Positions 51,296-61,915 of a stretch of 64,000 nucleotides of DNA are shown here, in pieces. The stretch lies in the NCBI GenBank assembly GCA_021296135.1, contig JAGWAZ010000003.1, positions 2,596 through 66,595 of the forward strand, given 5' to 3'. The notes beneath the pieces are model-generated. The model saw only the letters and a list, made by a program, of their open reading frames with translations. It was not told the DNA's origin and made no database searches. How positions within the stretch are numbered: position 1 is the stretch's first letter; each line of letters opens with the position of its first letter. Source of the DNA: Chlorobiota bacterium (lineage in GTDB: Bacteria > Bacteroidota > Ignavibacteria > OLB7). The position numbers and the translations under genes are program-made.

Positions 51296-52380
51296 GACTT
51301 ATTCAGGAACTGGTGTATCACACGCGCAATCCTTTCTGCTGCCCCTCCATCCCAGAACGGAGGACGTGGTGGTGCATCAATAGTAGTCATAGTTGTTACT
51401 CTGCTGACTGCACGCTTTACTTGCTCAGCATGTATTCCGACAAGGTGATTTGTTCCAAGCTCTATTGTGGATGGGCGTTCGGTTGATTCCCGCAACGTAA
51501 CACATGGTATTCCAAGCCATGTCGTCTCCTCCTGAATACCTCCCGAATCGGTAATCACCCCTTTTGATCCTCGTACAAGAGAAATAAAGTCACGATATCC
51601 AATCGGTTCAGTTAAAATCCAGTTCTCGTCGTTCTCGAGTTTTGCACGAAGGCCGGCCTCTTGCAGCACATTATTAGTCCGTGGATGAACGGGGAACCGT
51701 ATCGTTCTTTCTCCTGCTCCCGCCCGAATAGCATCCAGAAGATTACCAAGATGTTCATGATTATCGACATTGGAAGGACGATGGAGAGTCAGAACCAGGT
51801 AGTCCTCGGTCTCATCAAGGGTTGGGAGTTTGGATACAAGTGCTGCAAGAGAATCGACCATGGTGTTACCCACAAAGTGAATCTTAGTCGGATTGATTCC
51901 TTCACGAAGAAGATTTGCCCTCCCACTCTCCTCGGTAACAAAAAGAAGATCACAGATCGCGTCGGTCACGATTCTGTTGATCTCCTCCGGCATTGACCTA
52001 TCATAACTTCTAAGGCCGGACTCCACGTGAGCAACGGAAATGTGAAGCTTCTTGGCAACCAGAGCAGCGGCAACAGTGGAGTTAACATCGCCGTAGACCA
52101 GCACAAGATCAGGATATTCGGCAAGGCAGACATCTTTTTCAAATGACGTCATGATCTTTGCAGTCTGTTCAGCATGAGAACCCGATCCTACCCCGAGATA
52201 CATGTCTGGAGGGGCCATCCCAAGATCACTGAAAAAGACATCGGACATATTCGCATCGTAATGCTGTCCTGTATGGACAAGAAGATGACGGATGTCCGAT
52301 AACCCGGTTAATGCAGCCGCCACAGGAGCTGCTTTCATGAAATTTGGCCTTGCTCCGACAACTGAGACTACTCGCTTCAC
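51292..52380 (-). CDS. wecB: UDP-N-acetylglucosamine 2-epimerase (non-hydrolysing)
   Basis: 362 aa with conserved epimerase motifs (HVESGLRS, DSGGIQEE). Confidence 0.85.
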   Translation of the reverse strand: MKRVVSVVGARPNFMKAAPVAAALTGLSDIRHLLVHTGQHYDANMSDVFFSDLGMAPPDMYLGVGSGSHAEQTAKIMTSFEKDVCLAEYPDLVLVYGDVNSTVAAALVAKKLHISVAHVESGLRSYDRSMPEEINRIVTDAICDLLFVTEESGRANLLREGINPTKIHFVGNTMVDSLAALVSKLPTLDETEDYLVLTLHRPSNVDNHEHLGNLLDAIRAGAGERTIRFPVHPRTNNVLQEAGLRAKLENDENWILTEPIGYRDFISLVRGSKGVITDSGGIQEETTWLGIPCVTLRESTERPSTIELGTNHLVGIHAEQVKRAVSRVTTMTTIDAPPRPPFWDGGAAERIARVIHQFLNKS

Positions 52381-53693
52381 GATCCACCTCCGAGCAACCG
52401 GATGTTCGAGCGATCTCCCTCGGCATCTTTGGTAGCATTCCTTGTATCAACAATCAGCTTAGCGTGTCGCGCGATCTCCCTATAGTCAAAAGAAGTATGG
52501 TCGGTAGTGATAAGAACGATATCGGCTTCGGCAATCCTTTCCTCTGAATAGGCCAACGATCGCATTGTTACTCCATTCAACTCAAGCTGTGGAACGTGTG
52601 GATCGATGTAGTTAATGTTCTCGGCCCCATCCTCAGTCAACAATTCCATCACTTTAAGTGCTGGACTATGTCGCAAATCATCAACATCTCTCTTGAACGC
52701 AACTCCAAGAATAAGCACTTGAGCTTCCTTGAGAGTCACAGGAAGGTACGCGATTTCACGCAGAACCATTTGGCGGACATAATATGGCATCGACTCGTTC
52801 ACTTCAGCGGCAAGTGTCACAAAGTTGGTGACAAAGTCATCACTGCGAGCATGCCAGCTCAGATAGTACGGATCTATAAGTATACAGTGCCCTCCAATGC
52901 CCGGACCTGGCCAGAAAGGCATATAGCCAAATGGTTTGGTAGCCGCAGCCTCGACAACATCCCAGATATTTATTCCCATCCGGTCACATAATTGGGCAAG
53001 CTCATTCACGAGCGCAATGTTCACTGAACGGAAGATATTCTCAAGAAGCTTCTCCATTTCAGCAACATTCGGTGACGATACCTCATGCACGTGTTCTATG
53101 ATAACTCTGTTGGCGGCTGCAGCAACTTTTGTGCACTCTGGGGTTACTCCGCCCACAACTATCGGCGTGTTACCCGTATGCCAGACCTTGTTCCCCGGAT
53201 CAATACGTTCCGGTGAAAATGCGAGGAAATACTCCTCGCCGATTTTTAACCCACTCTTTTCAAGGATTGGAAGAACATATTCTTCCGTTGTTGTCGGAAA
53301 GGTTGTGCTTTTCAAGACGACACATTGTTCAGACCGCAAATGCTCTGCTGTCGCCTCCGAAGCATTTAGGATAAACGAAATGTCAGGCTCTTTGTTTGGC
53401 GTAAAAGGGGTTGGAACACAGATGTAGATAACGTCAGCCTGAGTAATTACTGACGGGTCTGTTTCCGCAATCAACAATTTCTTCTCAACAGCCTCCCGAA
53501 CTACGTTATCACTCAGATCCTGGATATAGTTCTCACCACGCTGTAACTGTTGAACTTTTTTCTTATCAACATCAATCCCATAGGCTTTAACACCCGCCTT
53601 TGTGAACTCTATTGCGAGCGGAAGACCAACGTAGCCAAGTCCTATAATCGCAACGCTGAAGTCACGTGATTCAATTTTCCGGAGTAATCCCAT
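52377..53693 (-). CDS. wecC: UDP-N-acetyl-D-mannosamine dehydrogenase (nucleotide-sugar dehydrogenase family)
   Basis: N-terminal Rossmann GLGYVG motif, catalytic Cys region GGHC, and coupling to wecB. Confidence 0.75.
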   Translation of the reverse strand: MGLLRKIESRDFSVAIIGLGYVGLPLAIEFTKAGVKAYGIDVDKKKVQQLQRGENYIQDLSDNVVREAVEKKLLIAETDPSVITQADVIYICVPTPFTPNKEPDISFILNASEATAEHLRSEQCVVLKSTTFPTTTEEYVLPILEKSGLKIGEEYFLAFSPERIDPGNKVWHTGNTPIVVGGVTPECTKVAAAANRVIIEHVHEVSSPNVAEMEKLLENIFRSVNIALVNELAQLCDRMGINIWDVVEAAATKPFGYMPFWPGPGIGGHCILIDPYYLSWHARSDDFVTNFVTLAAEVNESMPYYVRQMVLREIAYLPVTLKEAQVLILGVAFKRDVDDLRHSPALKVMELLTEDGAENINYIDPHVPQLELNGVTMRSLAYSEERIAEADIVLITTDHTSFDYREIARHAKLIVDTRNATKDAEGDRSNIRLLGGGS

Positions 53694-53872
53694 GAATAGT
53701 TAATATAGGCTTTGAGCCCTTTATTGATTTCATGATAACAGCGCCAAAGGTACAAAAGCCATAATTCAAGGCAAGTGATAAATAGAATACCCTGAAATTG
53801 AGTTGTTACAACAAGAGTTACGCGGATAGAAGTACGAAATAGACTCTCTATTCTATTGCCGCACTCTACATT

Positions 53873-56809
53873 CTATCTACCATCGGTTGCCTTCCTTTCC
53901 TGCAACAACTTTTTCAAAAACTGTCCGGTGATTGAATCCTGACACGAGGCAACCTTTTCCGGTGTTCCGACCACAACTACCCGACCACCGGCTTCTCCAC
54001 CTTCCGGACCAAGATCAATAATGTAATCTGCAGATTTTATCACATCAAGATTGTGTTCAATTACCAGAACAGAGTGTCCCTTGTCGATCAACACGTTGAA
54101 TGCCTTCAGAAGAATAGCAACATCGGCCATGTGCAGACCGGTTGTCGGTTCATCGAGGATAAAGAGAGTATGTCCCTGATTTGGTGAGGTTAGATGAGAG
54201 GCAAGTTTTACACGTTGTGCTTCCCCGCCACTTAACGTAGTTGCCGGTTGACCAAGACAGATATAGCCAAGCCCGACATCAGTAAGGCTCTGGAGTCTGC
54301 GTGTAACTCTATTCTGTCCATCAAAGAACGATAATGCCTCATCAACGGTCATAGCAAGTACGTCGACAACAGACTTTCCGTTGAACTTCGCGCTTCTGAC
54401 TTCGCTCTTATACCTGGTCCCCTTACAGGCGTCGCAGACCAATTGTATGTCGGCGAGAAACTGCATATCAACGGTTACGAAACCATCCCCTTGACACACC
54501 TCACAACGTCCACCCTGAACATTGAAGGAAAAATATCCGGGCTTCCAACCATTCAACTTTGCGGTGGAAGATGAAGCAAAAAGATCACGTATTGCATCAA
54601 ACGCTTTGGTATAAGTGGCAGGGTTGGAACGCGGAGTTCTTCCAATCGGAGATTGGTCAATCATCTCAACTGAGTTAATCAGATCAAGTCCTTCAATTTG
54701 CAGCCCAATCTCAGACTTGCCCCTACCCTTTCCCATCTTGTGTGCTGCAACGCGCCAAAGAACATCGTGAACAAGCGTTGACTTTCCTGAACCGGAAACC
54801 CCGGTTACTACGGTCAGGGTATGCAATGGGAACTCAGCCGTGATATTCTTCAGATTATGTATAAAGGCATTTCGGAGAATGATATGTCCGCGTGGTGACC
54901 GACGAGACTTTGGGAGCTGAATCGACTCGCGTTCGGATAACCACTCTCCGGTCCTCGATGCTTTACTCTTCAGCATCTCATCAACAGTACCGACAAACAC
55001 CACTTCACCCCCATCTTCTCCGGCCTTAGGCCCCATATCAACAACGAGATTCGCTGCGCGAATAATATCTGGATCATGCTCTACAACAATCACCGTGTTG
55101 CCGAGATCACGTAGCTCATGAAGGATGTGAATCAATCGGCTCGTGTCTCTCGGATGCAGTCCAATGGAAGGTTCATCCAATACGTACATCGTTCCAACAA
55201 GTGCGGAACCAATGGAGGTAGCGAGGTTTATTCTTTGGATCTCACCACCAGATAGCGTATGGCTAAGTCGATCCAGTTGTATATATCCAAGTCCAACTTC
55301 GTTGAGAAACCGCAGACGTTTTGTGATTTCTTTAACAACCGGCCCCACAATCTGGTCTTCATAGTCAGTGAGATTCAACCGGGAGAACCAGGCATAGGCA
55401 CGTTCGATTGTCAGACCAGTCAGTTCGTGAATTCGGGTTTCATGCACAAAGACCTGTGTAGCTGAGGTTCGCAGACGTGCCCCCCTGCACTTCGGACAGG
55501 TGGTGTAGCCACGAAACCGTGAGAGATAGACACGATAGTGCATTTTATGCGTATTCTTCTCAATCATCGAGAAGAAGCCGTTGATCCCGATATACTGATT
55601 AGAGCCTTCCAACAACACGTTCCATTCTTCCTCGCTAAATCGGGAAATGGTCTTGTTAGTATCAATACCGGCCGACGGTGCTACAGCAAGCAAATCGTGG
55701 TAATGCTGTGAATGCTTGGGTGTACTGAAAGCAGCTATTGCTCCTTGACGAATTGTCTTTGAACGATCCGGAATCACCAGGTCCATGTCAATGCCTATTG
55801 CTCTTCCAAATCCCTGACACTCCGGACAGGCACCGAATGGATTATTGAAGCTGAAGAGCCTCGGCTCAGGCTCCTGCCACTTTTTACCACAAGGAGCACA
55901 CTCATAGTTTCTGCTAAAATGGTGGCTCTCACCAGAATCAATGTCGCGCACTTCAATCCTACCATCTCCTTCCCTGAACCCACCTTCCGCGGCTTCGGCT
56001 ATTCTGGACTTGCTCGTATCATCATCACGCCAAACGAGCCGGTCAACAAGCACAGAGAGAGTCTCTTTCGATAACTGTTTCAGCTTCTTGCTCGAGTCAT
56101 ATTCGGTCAAGTCGATGATATCGTTCAAAGTGCTTGGGACAACCCGGAAGAATCCTCGTGCTCGCAGAGCACCAAGCTCCTCCTCAAGAGATCGTGACTC
56201 ATGGTCCGGCATCGGAAAGAGAACGTAGAGTTTTGTCCCCTCCTCCATTTCTGCAACTCTTTCACCAACAACACGAGGTGTATCCCGTTGAACTGTTGTT
56301 CCACAGTTCTTACAGATTGTCTTTCCAATCCGACCAAACAGAAGACGAAGGTAGTCATAGATTTCTGTTGTGGTTCCAACCGTAGAGCGAGGATTGCGTT
56401 GCAACACCTGCTGTTCAATAGCAACGGCAGGGGCAAGACCCGTAATACTTTCGACCTCAGGTTTTGCCATGCGAGAAAGGAACTGCCGGGCATATGCTGA
56501 AAGCGACTCAACATACCGACGTTGTCCTTCAGCATAGATCGTGTCAAATGCGAGTGTTGATTTACCTGAACCAGATACACCGCTAAGGACAATCATTCGA
56601 TTACGTGGAAGGTCAAGAGAGATATTCTTCAGGTTGTGAAGGTTGGCTCCCCGTATTGAGAGAGTATGCTTCGGATGAGGCCTACCGTTAGAGGAAATTT
56701 TCGAATCTACCTTGCTGAAAGAAGCCTTGCCCGGAGTCCGCTTCGTCGATTTCCTGGTTGTTGAAGTTGACCGTGTTTTCTTCAATTTGGTCTTTACCGT
56801 ACTGCTCAC
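53873..56809 (-). CDS. uvrA: Excinuclease ABC subunit A
   Basis: Two ABC ATPase modules (GVSGSGKS twice) with Zn-finger CxxC pairs. The real start is probably an internal non-ATG codon after a 45-aa basic leader. Confidence 0.9.
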   Translation of the reverse strand: MSSTVKTKLKKTRSTSTTRKSTKRTPGKASFSKVDSKISSNGRPHPKHTLSIRGANLHNLKNISLDLPRNRMIVLSGVSGSGKSTLAFDTIYAEGQRRYVESLSAYARQFLSRMAKPEVESITGLAPAVAIEQQVLQRNPRSTVGTTTEIYDYLRLLFGRIGKTICKNCGTTVQRDTPRVVGERVAEMEEGTKLYVLFPMPDHESRSLEEELGALRARGFFRVVPSTLNDIIDLTEYDSSKKLKQLSKETLSVLVDRLVWRDDDTSKSRIAEAAEGGFREGDGRIEVRDIDSGESHHFSRNYECAPCGKKWQEPEPRLFSFNNPFGACPECQGFGRAIGIDMDLVIPDRSKTIRQGAIAAFSTPKHSQHYHDLLAVAPSAGIDTNKTISRFSEEEWNVLLEGSNQYIGINGFFSMIEKNTHKMHYRVYLSRFRGYTTCPKCRGARLRTSATQVFVHETRIHELTGLTIERAYAWFSRLNLTDYEDQIVGPVVKEITKRLRFLNEVGLGYIQLDRLSHTLSGGEIQRINLATSIGSALVGTMYVLDEPSIGLHPRDTSRLIHILHELRDLGNTVIVVEHDPDIIRAANLVVDMGPKAGEDGGEVVFVGTVDEMLKSKASRTGEWLSERESIQLPKSRRSPRGHIILRNAFIHNLKNITAEFPLHTLTVVTGVSGSGKSTLVHDVLWRVAAHKMGKGRGKSEIGLQIEGLDLINSVEMIDQSPIGRTPRSNPATYTKAFDAIRDLFASSSTAKLNGWKPGYFSFNVQGGRCEVCQGDGFVTVDMQFLADIQLVCDACKGTRYKSEVRSAKFNGKSVVDVLAMTVDEALSFFDGQNRVTRRLQSLTDVGLGYICLGQPATTLSGGEAQRVKLASHLTSPNQGHTLFILDEPTTGLHMADVAILLKAFNVLIDKGHSVLVIEHNLDVIKSADYIIDLGPEGGEAGGRVVVVGTPEKVASCQDSITGQFLKKLLQERKATDGR

Positions 56810-57060
56810 GCTATATGCTGGTCGGTCGAAAAGATGGATTAGAAATCACGTATGAAATAAACGTTCGCTCAAATCAAACATTAAACTTAGGAAGATTTCG
56901 CCGGACATTCCGGGAAGAAAGTGGCGATGATACCGATAGATAAAGTAGAGGAGTTTTAGCGTTCAATCTCTTTGAATTCTTGCCATTTCTTAGTATCCTG
57001 CTAATAGTTTCTCATGCATCTTCTTAACACTATTTGGTTAAATCTCTTCAGGAGGAACAG

Positions 57061-57321
57061 ATGCTTGGTTGGATTTGGACTGCTTTGGTTGGCCTTATTG
57101 CCGGTGCTCTGGCGAAACTTGTAATGCCGGGGAAAGATGGTGGAGGTTTTATCATGACAATGCTACTCGGACTGGCAGGGGCGTTGCTGATGACCTTGAT
57201 TGGCAAAGCCATTGGCTGGTATGAAGCTGGTGAGGGAGCGGGATTTATCGGCTCATTTCTTGGTGCAGTCATCCTGTTAGTCATTTATCGGTTCTATAAA
57301 AAGAAGGCTGGTAAATCTTAA
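57061..57321 (+). CDS. GlsB/YeaQ/YmgE family small membrane protein
   Basis: Gly/Ala-rich double-TM 86-aa protein. AGGAGG RBS 6 nt upstream of ATG 57061. Confidence 0.7.
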   Translation: MLGWIWTALVGLIAGALAKLVMPGKDGGGFIMTMLLGLAGALLMTLIGKAIGWYEAGEGAGFIGSFLGAVILLVIYRFYKKKAGKS

Positions 57322-57366
57322 TGTGTGGAAGGAGATAAAAGGTTACTACCTTCTATCTCCTCTCTA

Positions 57367-59481
57367 CTATCCCCTTAACAATCTCAACGCGTTAGCGGTG
57401 ACAGCAAGTGTTGCTCCGATATCGGCAGCAATTGCGCCCCATAAGGCGGCCACCCCGAAGAGCGTCGCGCCAAAGAAGAGGAACTTGATGCCAAGCGCAA
57501 AGCCTACGTTCCAGCGGATGATATTCAAGGCTCGGCGAGAATGTTGTATTAACCAGGTTACCCTCGAAAGATCATCTGACATCAATACAACGTCTGCTGT
57601 TTCGAGAGCCACGTCTGTTCCGGCTGCACCCATCGCTATACCCAGAGAGGAACGAGCCATAGCGGGAGCATCGTTTACTCCATCCCCCACCATGGCGACT
57701 CGTTCACGGGATCGTGCCAACTCTTCAATGCAACTGACTTTATCCTCGGGAAGGAGCTCTGAGTAGACCTGGCTCACACCGGTCTCTTGAGCGATAACAG
57801 ATGCGGTCTGTCTGTTATCACCGGTCAGCATTACTGTCTCCACTCCCATATCCTGAAGGTCAGTAATGGTCTTCGGCGTCTCGGACCGTACTGGGTCAAT
57901 CACCCCAATCAATCCACAGACATGATTGTCACTTCCGATAGCCACCACACTCCGTCCACTGTTCACAAGCATGTCAGCACGTTGCTGCACCTCTGTAGTA
58001 GTGTTATTCCACTCATCAAGAAACGCACGCGATCCGAGCCGGTAACGTTTTCCGTTGAATTCTGCCGATGCTCCCTTTCCTTCAAGTGTCTGAAACCCTT
58101 CGGCTTTCATCGGGCTGACCCCGAGATGATCGGCATAGTCAAGCACAGCACGCGCAAGTGGGTGTGTGCTGTTCGCTTCAAGAGTAGCAGCACGCTCAAT
58201 CAACTCATGCTCATTATGTCCATTTAGAGGAATCACTTCCGTAACTCCCGGCCGTCCTTGTGTCAATGTCCCCGTTTTGTCAAAAGCAACAACCCGAAGT
58301 CGTGCAGGAATTTCGAGATACTCTCCTCCCTTGATAAGAACACCATTTCGTGCTGCCGCAGCAAGACCTGCAACTATACTCACTGGTGTGGATATTACGA
58401 GTGCACATGGGCAGCCGATAACAAGAATCACAAGGCCACGATAGAACCATTCTGTCCACGACTCGGCGAAGATGAATGGCGGAATCACCATAACGAGTAG
58501 AGCACAAAGCATTATAGCAGGGGTATAGATCAACGCAAAACGTTCAACCCATTGTTCAGAACGTGACCGACGACTTCCGGCATCTTCAACCAGATGAAGG
58601 ATTCGGGCAAAAGTTGACTCGCTCGCAGGACGAGTTGCCACAAATTCTATCGCTCCATTGAGGTTAATTGTTCCGGCATACAGTGGATCACCAAATTTCT
58701 TTTTCACCGGAATATTTTCACCTGTTACCGTTGCCTGGTCAACATTACTCGTACCAGAAGCAACTCGTCCATCAACAGGAATTTTCTCTCCCGGTTTTGC
58801 GAAAAGTAGATCACCAATAAGAATATCAGCAGGCTCAACCTCCTCGAATTCTCCATCATCAACAACACGCCGGGCCCTTTCCGGAGTTGATTCCAGCAAG
58901 GATTCAACTGCATTTCGAGCACGTGAAACGCTCCATAACTCGAGCAGCAATGAGAGGGCGAAGAGAAATGCAATAACAGCTGCTTCAAACCACTCATCAA
59001 TAATCAATGCTCCGGCCACAGCCAGCGTCATCAAGAGATTCATATCAGGTCGAATCGACTTGATAGCAACCCAAGAACGTGGAAGAACCAATCTCAATCC
59101 GGCAAGGATGGCAATACCATAGGCAACCTTCGACGCAATGGTATCGGCAGTCACCGGAATCACGGAAGAAGCAAACCCAAGAGCAACAAAAAGGCCTGAG
59201 ACAATAGTTGAGACGAAGAAGGGATTTCGTTTCGGACGGAGCCCCGAGTCATCTACGATTCTACCACCCTCATCAATAGCCTTCGCGGACATCCCGGTCG
59301 TCTTGACAACCCGCTTGATCTCTTCAACCTGTTTCTCAGTTAGCTCTGTATCGATGATCATCTCGCCCCGTAAGAGATCGAAGCGTAATAGATCAGAGGC
59401 ACCAAGATGTTCACCTACCACCTTGCGCAAGAGCGTAGTCTCCTCTGCGCAACACATCCCTATAACGTTAAAGCGTGTCAT
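57367..59481 (-). CDS. Heavy-metal (Zn/Cd/Pb-type) P1B-ATPase
   Basis: Has CPC in TM6, DKTGT, GDGVNDAP, and an N-terminal HMA-like domain with GMCCAEE in place of GMxCxxC. Confidence 0.85.
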   Translation of the reverse strand: MTRFNVIGMCCAEETTLLRKVVGEHLGASDLLRFDLLRGEMIIDTELTEKQVEEIKRVVKTTGMSAKAIDEGGRIVDDSGLRPKRNPFFVSTIVSGLFVALGFASSVIPVTADTIASKVAYGIAILAGLRLVLPRSWVAIKSIRPDMNLLMTLAVAGALIIDEWFEAAVIAFLFALSLLLELWSVSRARNAVESLLESTPERARRVVDDGEFEEVEPADILIGDLLFAKPGEKIPVDGRVASGTSNVDQATVTGENIPVKKKFGDPLYAGTINLNGAIEFVATRPASESTFARILHLVEDAGSRRSRSEQWVERFALIYTPAIMLCALLVMVIPPFIFAESWTEWFYRGLVILVIGCPCALVISTPVSIVAGLAAAARNGVLIKGGEYLEIPARLRVVAFDKTGTLTQGRPGVTEVIPLNGHNEHELIERAATLEANSTHPLARAVLDYADHLGVSPMKAEGFQTLEGKGASAEFNGKRYRLGSRAFLDEWNNTTTEVQQRADMLVNSGRSVVAIGSDNHVCGLIGVIDPVRSETPKTITDLQDMGVETVMLTGDNRQTASVIAQETGVSQVYSELLPEDKVSCIEELARSRERVAMVGDGVNDAPAMARSSLGIAMGAAGTDVALETADVVLMSDDLSRVTWLIQHSRRALNIIRWNVGFALGIKFLFFGATLFGVAALWGAIAADIGATLAVTANALRLLRG

Positions 59482-59559
59482 ATTCAGCTATAAGCTTTGG
59501 GTTCTACAGCGCCTCATTCTCCCACCTTCCTTCCTCCCTCCTGCCTGATTCATCCCTGT

Positions 59560-60255
59560 TCAATGCCCCCAAACAAAAAAAACAGAACCGAGAATTACGA
59601 GCAAGATGCCAAGCAACCCGTTCTCATACCGCTCAAGGGGACCGAGCGGCAATCGCTCAATACCGTAGCGAGCCAGCATAGTGAACAGCGTCATTGAACC
59701 AACGGTTGCAATAAGCAGGGCAACACTAAGAATCAGGAACCCTTCCCATCCGTATGCCGATCCACTCATATAGATTGGCAGAAAACTTTCACAGGGGGAA
59801 AGGGTTAACATCATAATCAGACTGCCTATACTCAAGGCGTTGCCTTTCCGCTCACTTAACTCTCTATCAATGCAATGGTCATCATAATCATGGTCATGAA
59901 TTTCCTCACCATGTTTTCCAAGTAGACGTGTATGTCCATGTTCTTTTCCCTGAATCTGCCGCAGTATAAACCATGAACCGAGGAGAATGAGAATACCACC
60001 GGCTACCCAGTGAAAGAGCTCGTGAATCTCCTGGCTTAACTCCATGCCTCCCCAGAAAATCAATCCACCGAGAAGAATAGTAAAGAGGACATGGGCTGTG
60101 GCCGCAGAAAGAGTTATTGCAAGCGTTTTTATGCCGTTCCATCGCTTTGCCCTTGCAGTCAACGCAAAAGGGAGCCAATGGGTGGGTAAGGCCGCATGAA
60201 GGAATGCAATACCGAAACCTGTCGATGCAATTGTAATGATCAGATGATCTGGCAT
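59560..60255 (-). CDS. Putative metal-ion transporter: six TM helices with a His/Asp-rich cytoplasmic loop (HupE/UreJ- or NicO-like)
   Basis: GFGIAFLHAALPTH N-terminal motif and HGHTRLLGKHGEEIHDHDYDDH loop. Adjacent to a metal ATPase. Confidence 0.4.
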   Translation of the reverse strand: MPDHLIITIASTGFGIAFLHAALPTHWLPFALTARAKRWNGIKTLAITLSAATAHVLFTILLGGLIFWGGMELSQEIHELFHWVAGGILILLGSWFILRQIQGKEHGHTRLLGKHGEEIHDHDYDDHCIDRELSERKGNALSIGSLIMMLTLSPCESFLPIYMSGSAYGWEGFLILSVALLIATVGSMTLFTMLARYGIERLPLGPLERYENGLLGILLVILGSVFFVWGH

Positions 60256-60352
60256 GTAAAAATCGAGTCAGTTACCTGCATAAACGGAAGACCGCACTGC
60301 AAATTATAGTGCAGCACGGTCTCTGAAAACCTTATCGACATACAGAGATTAG

Positions 60353-61699
60353 TTATGCCTCGGTCTCAACTTCAACCGTTGAGATAACCGAAAGCTTCTG
60401 CATAATCTCTCGCAGCTTTGCGTGAAGAGCGTCTCGTTGTGCAAAGAGATCATGCTCCGGCTTATGCCCTCCTGTGGCCATAGGGCTCTTGAAGTAGAAT
60501 CCGAGCCACTCCTGAACCCCTCCCAGCCCAGCACGCTGTGCCAGGTCTGCAAACAAGACAAGATCGTGGACAACCGGTGCTGCAAGGATAGAATCACGGC
60601 AGAGGAAATTGACTTTGATCTGCATTGGATATCCCATCCATCCGAAGAGATCGATGTTATCCCATCCCTCCTTGTTATCACCACGAGGCGGATAGTAATA
60701 GATACGGACAGTGTGATGAATATCACCGTACAGTTCGGGATTTTTTTCGGTATCGAGGATGTAATCAAGAACGGAGAGCTTGCTCGTTTCCTTTGTCTTG
60801 AACGATCCTGGATCATCCAGCACCTCGCCATCACGGTTGCCGAGGATGTTTGAGGAGAACCAACCGGTCAGTCCGAGCATACGAGCTTTGAGCATCGGAG
60901 CAAGAACGGTCTTCAACATTGTTTGCCCGGTCTTGAAATCTTTACCGGCTATCACGACATTATGCTTTGTGGCAAGATCAACAATAGCTGGAGTATCAAC
61001 GGTCAAATTCGGAGCACCGTTAAGGAAGGGAGTATTTTCCAGAATTGCTGCCCAGGCATAAAGCATACTCGGCGCGATAGAGGGGTCGTTGTTTCGCATC
61101 CCTTCTTCAAAAGCAGTGATGTTTTCATGAGCCTCCGAAGTTTCGAGATATACTTCCGTGCTTGCACACCAGATCACAACAACACGATCAACATCATGAG
61201 TGACTTTAAAGCGACGGATATCCTCTCTGATCTGCTCCATTAACTCAAACTTCGTGTCACCACGCTTGAGGTACTCACCTTCAAGATTTCGCACATACTC
61301 TTTGTTAAAGACACCAGGCACTGGCCTCAGCATATTCAATTCTTCAGCGACAGGTGTGATGTCTTTTTCCTGAAGAACATCAGCATACCGTGTAGCATCG
61401 AGAAGAGATTCATCTCGTATGTCCCAGCCCCCGAACTCGATTGAGTCGAGGTTTGCCAAGGGAAGAGCCTGGCGAACAGGAAGAGTGGTCGCTGAACCAT
61501 TTGAGCCCACAAATGGAAGGGCACCAAGCTCAGCAAGTGAGCCAACAGGAGTTGCCTGTACTTTCCGCATACTTAGAAGCCCGGCTATGTATGTTGTGGA
61601 GACGGCACCATTCAACCCCACAATTAATACACCAAGCTTTTCAGAACCTCGATGGCCATTTAATGACACACCCTGTTGTAGACTGCGTTGAGTATTCAT
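60353..61699 (-). CDS. myo-Inositol-1-phosphate synthase (eukaryote-like long form)
   Basis: Motifs ILGNRDG, SKLSVLDYILD and CASTE correspond to the MIPS catalytic signatures. 448 aa. Confidence 0.75.
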   Translation of the reverse strand: MNTQRSLQQGVSLNGHRGSEKLGVLIVGLNGAVSTTYIAGLLSMRKVQATPVGSLAELGALPFVGSNGSATTLPVRQALPLANLDSIEFGGWDIRDESLLDATRYADVLQEKDITPVAEELNMLRPVPGVFNKEYVRNLEGEYLKRGDTKFELMEQIREDIRRFKVTHDVDRVVVIWCASTEVYLETSEAHENITAFEEGMRNNDPSIAPSMLYAWAAILENTPFLNGAPNLTVDTPAIVDLATKHNVVIAGKDFKTGQTMLKTVLAPMLKARMLGLTGWFSSNILGNRDGEVLDDPGSFKTKETSKLSVLDYILDTEKNPELYGDIHHTVRIYYYPPRGDNKEGWDNIDLFGWMGYPMQIKVNFLCRDSILAAPVVHDLVLFADLAQRAGLGGVQEWLGFYFKSPMATGGHKPEHDLFAQRDALHAKLREIMQKLSVISTVEVETEA

Positions 61700-61915
61700 T
61701 TTAAAAAGTTCTCTATAGTTCCAGTAATTGGGTAATGGGATAAAACAAAACGACCGATAATACCCCGAGACATCATAGCAGTTTCGGGTCGATGAAGCAT
61801 AACCTCAGTAAATTTACGGGAAATAGTTCAACATATGAGGAGTAATGTTCGAGCAGAAAGCTTTGTGCAGAAAAAGCAGGGACACGATTTGACTCATTAT
61901 CAACTCCACAATTTG

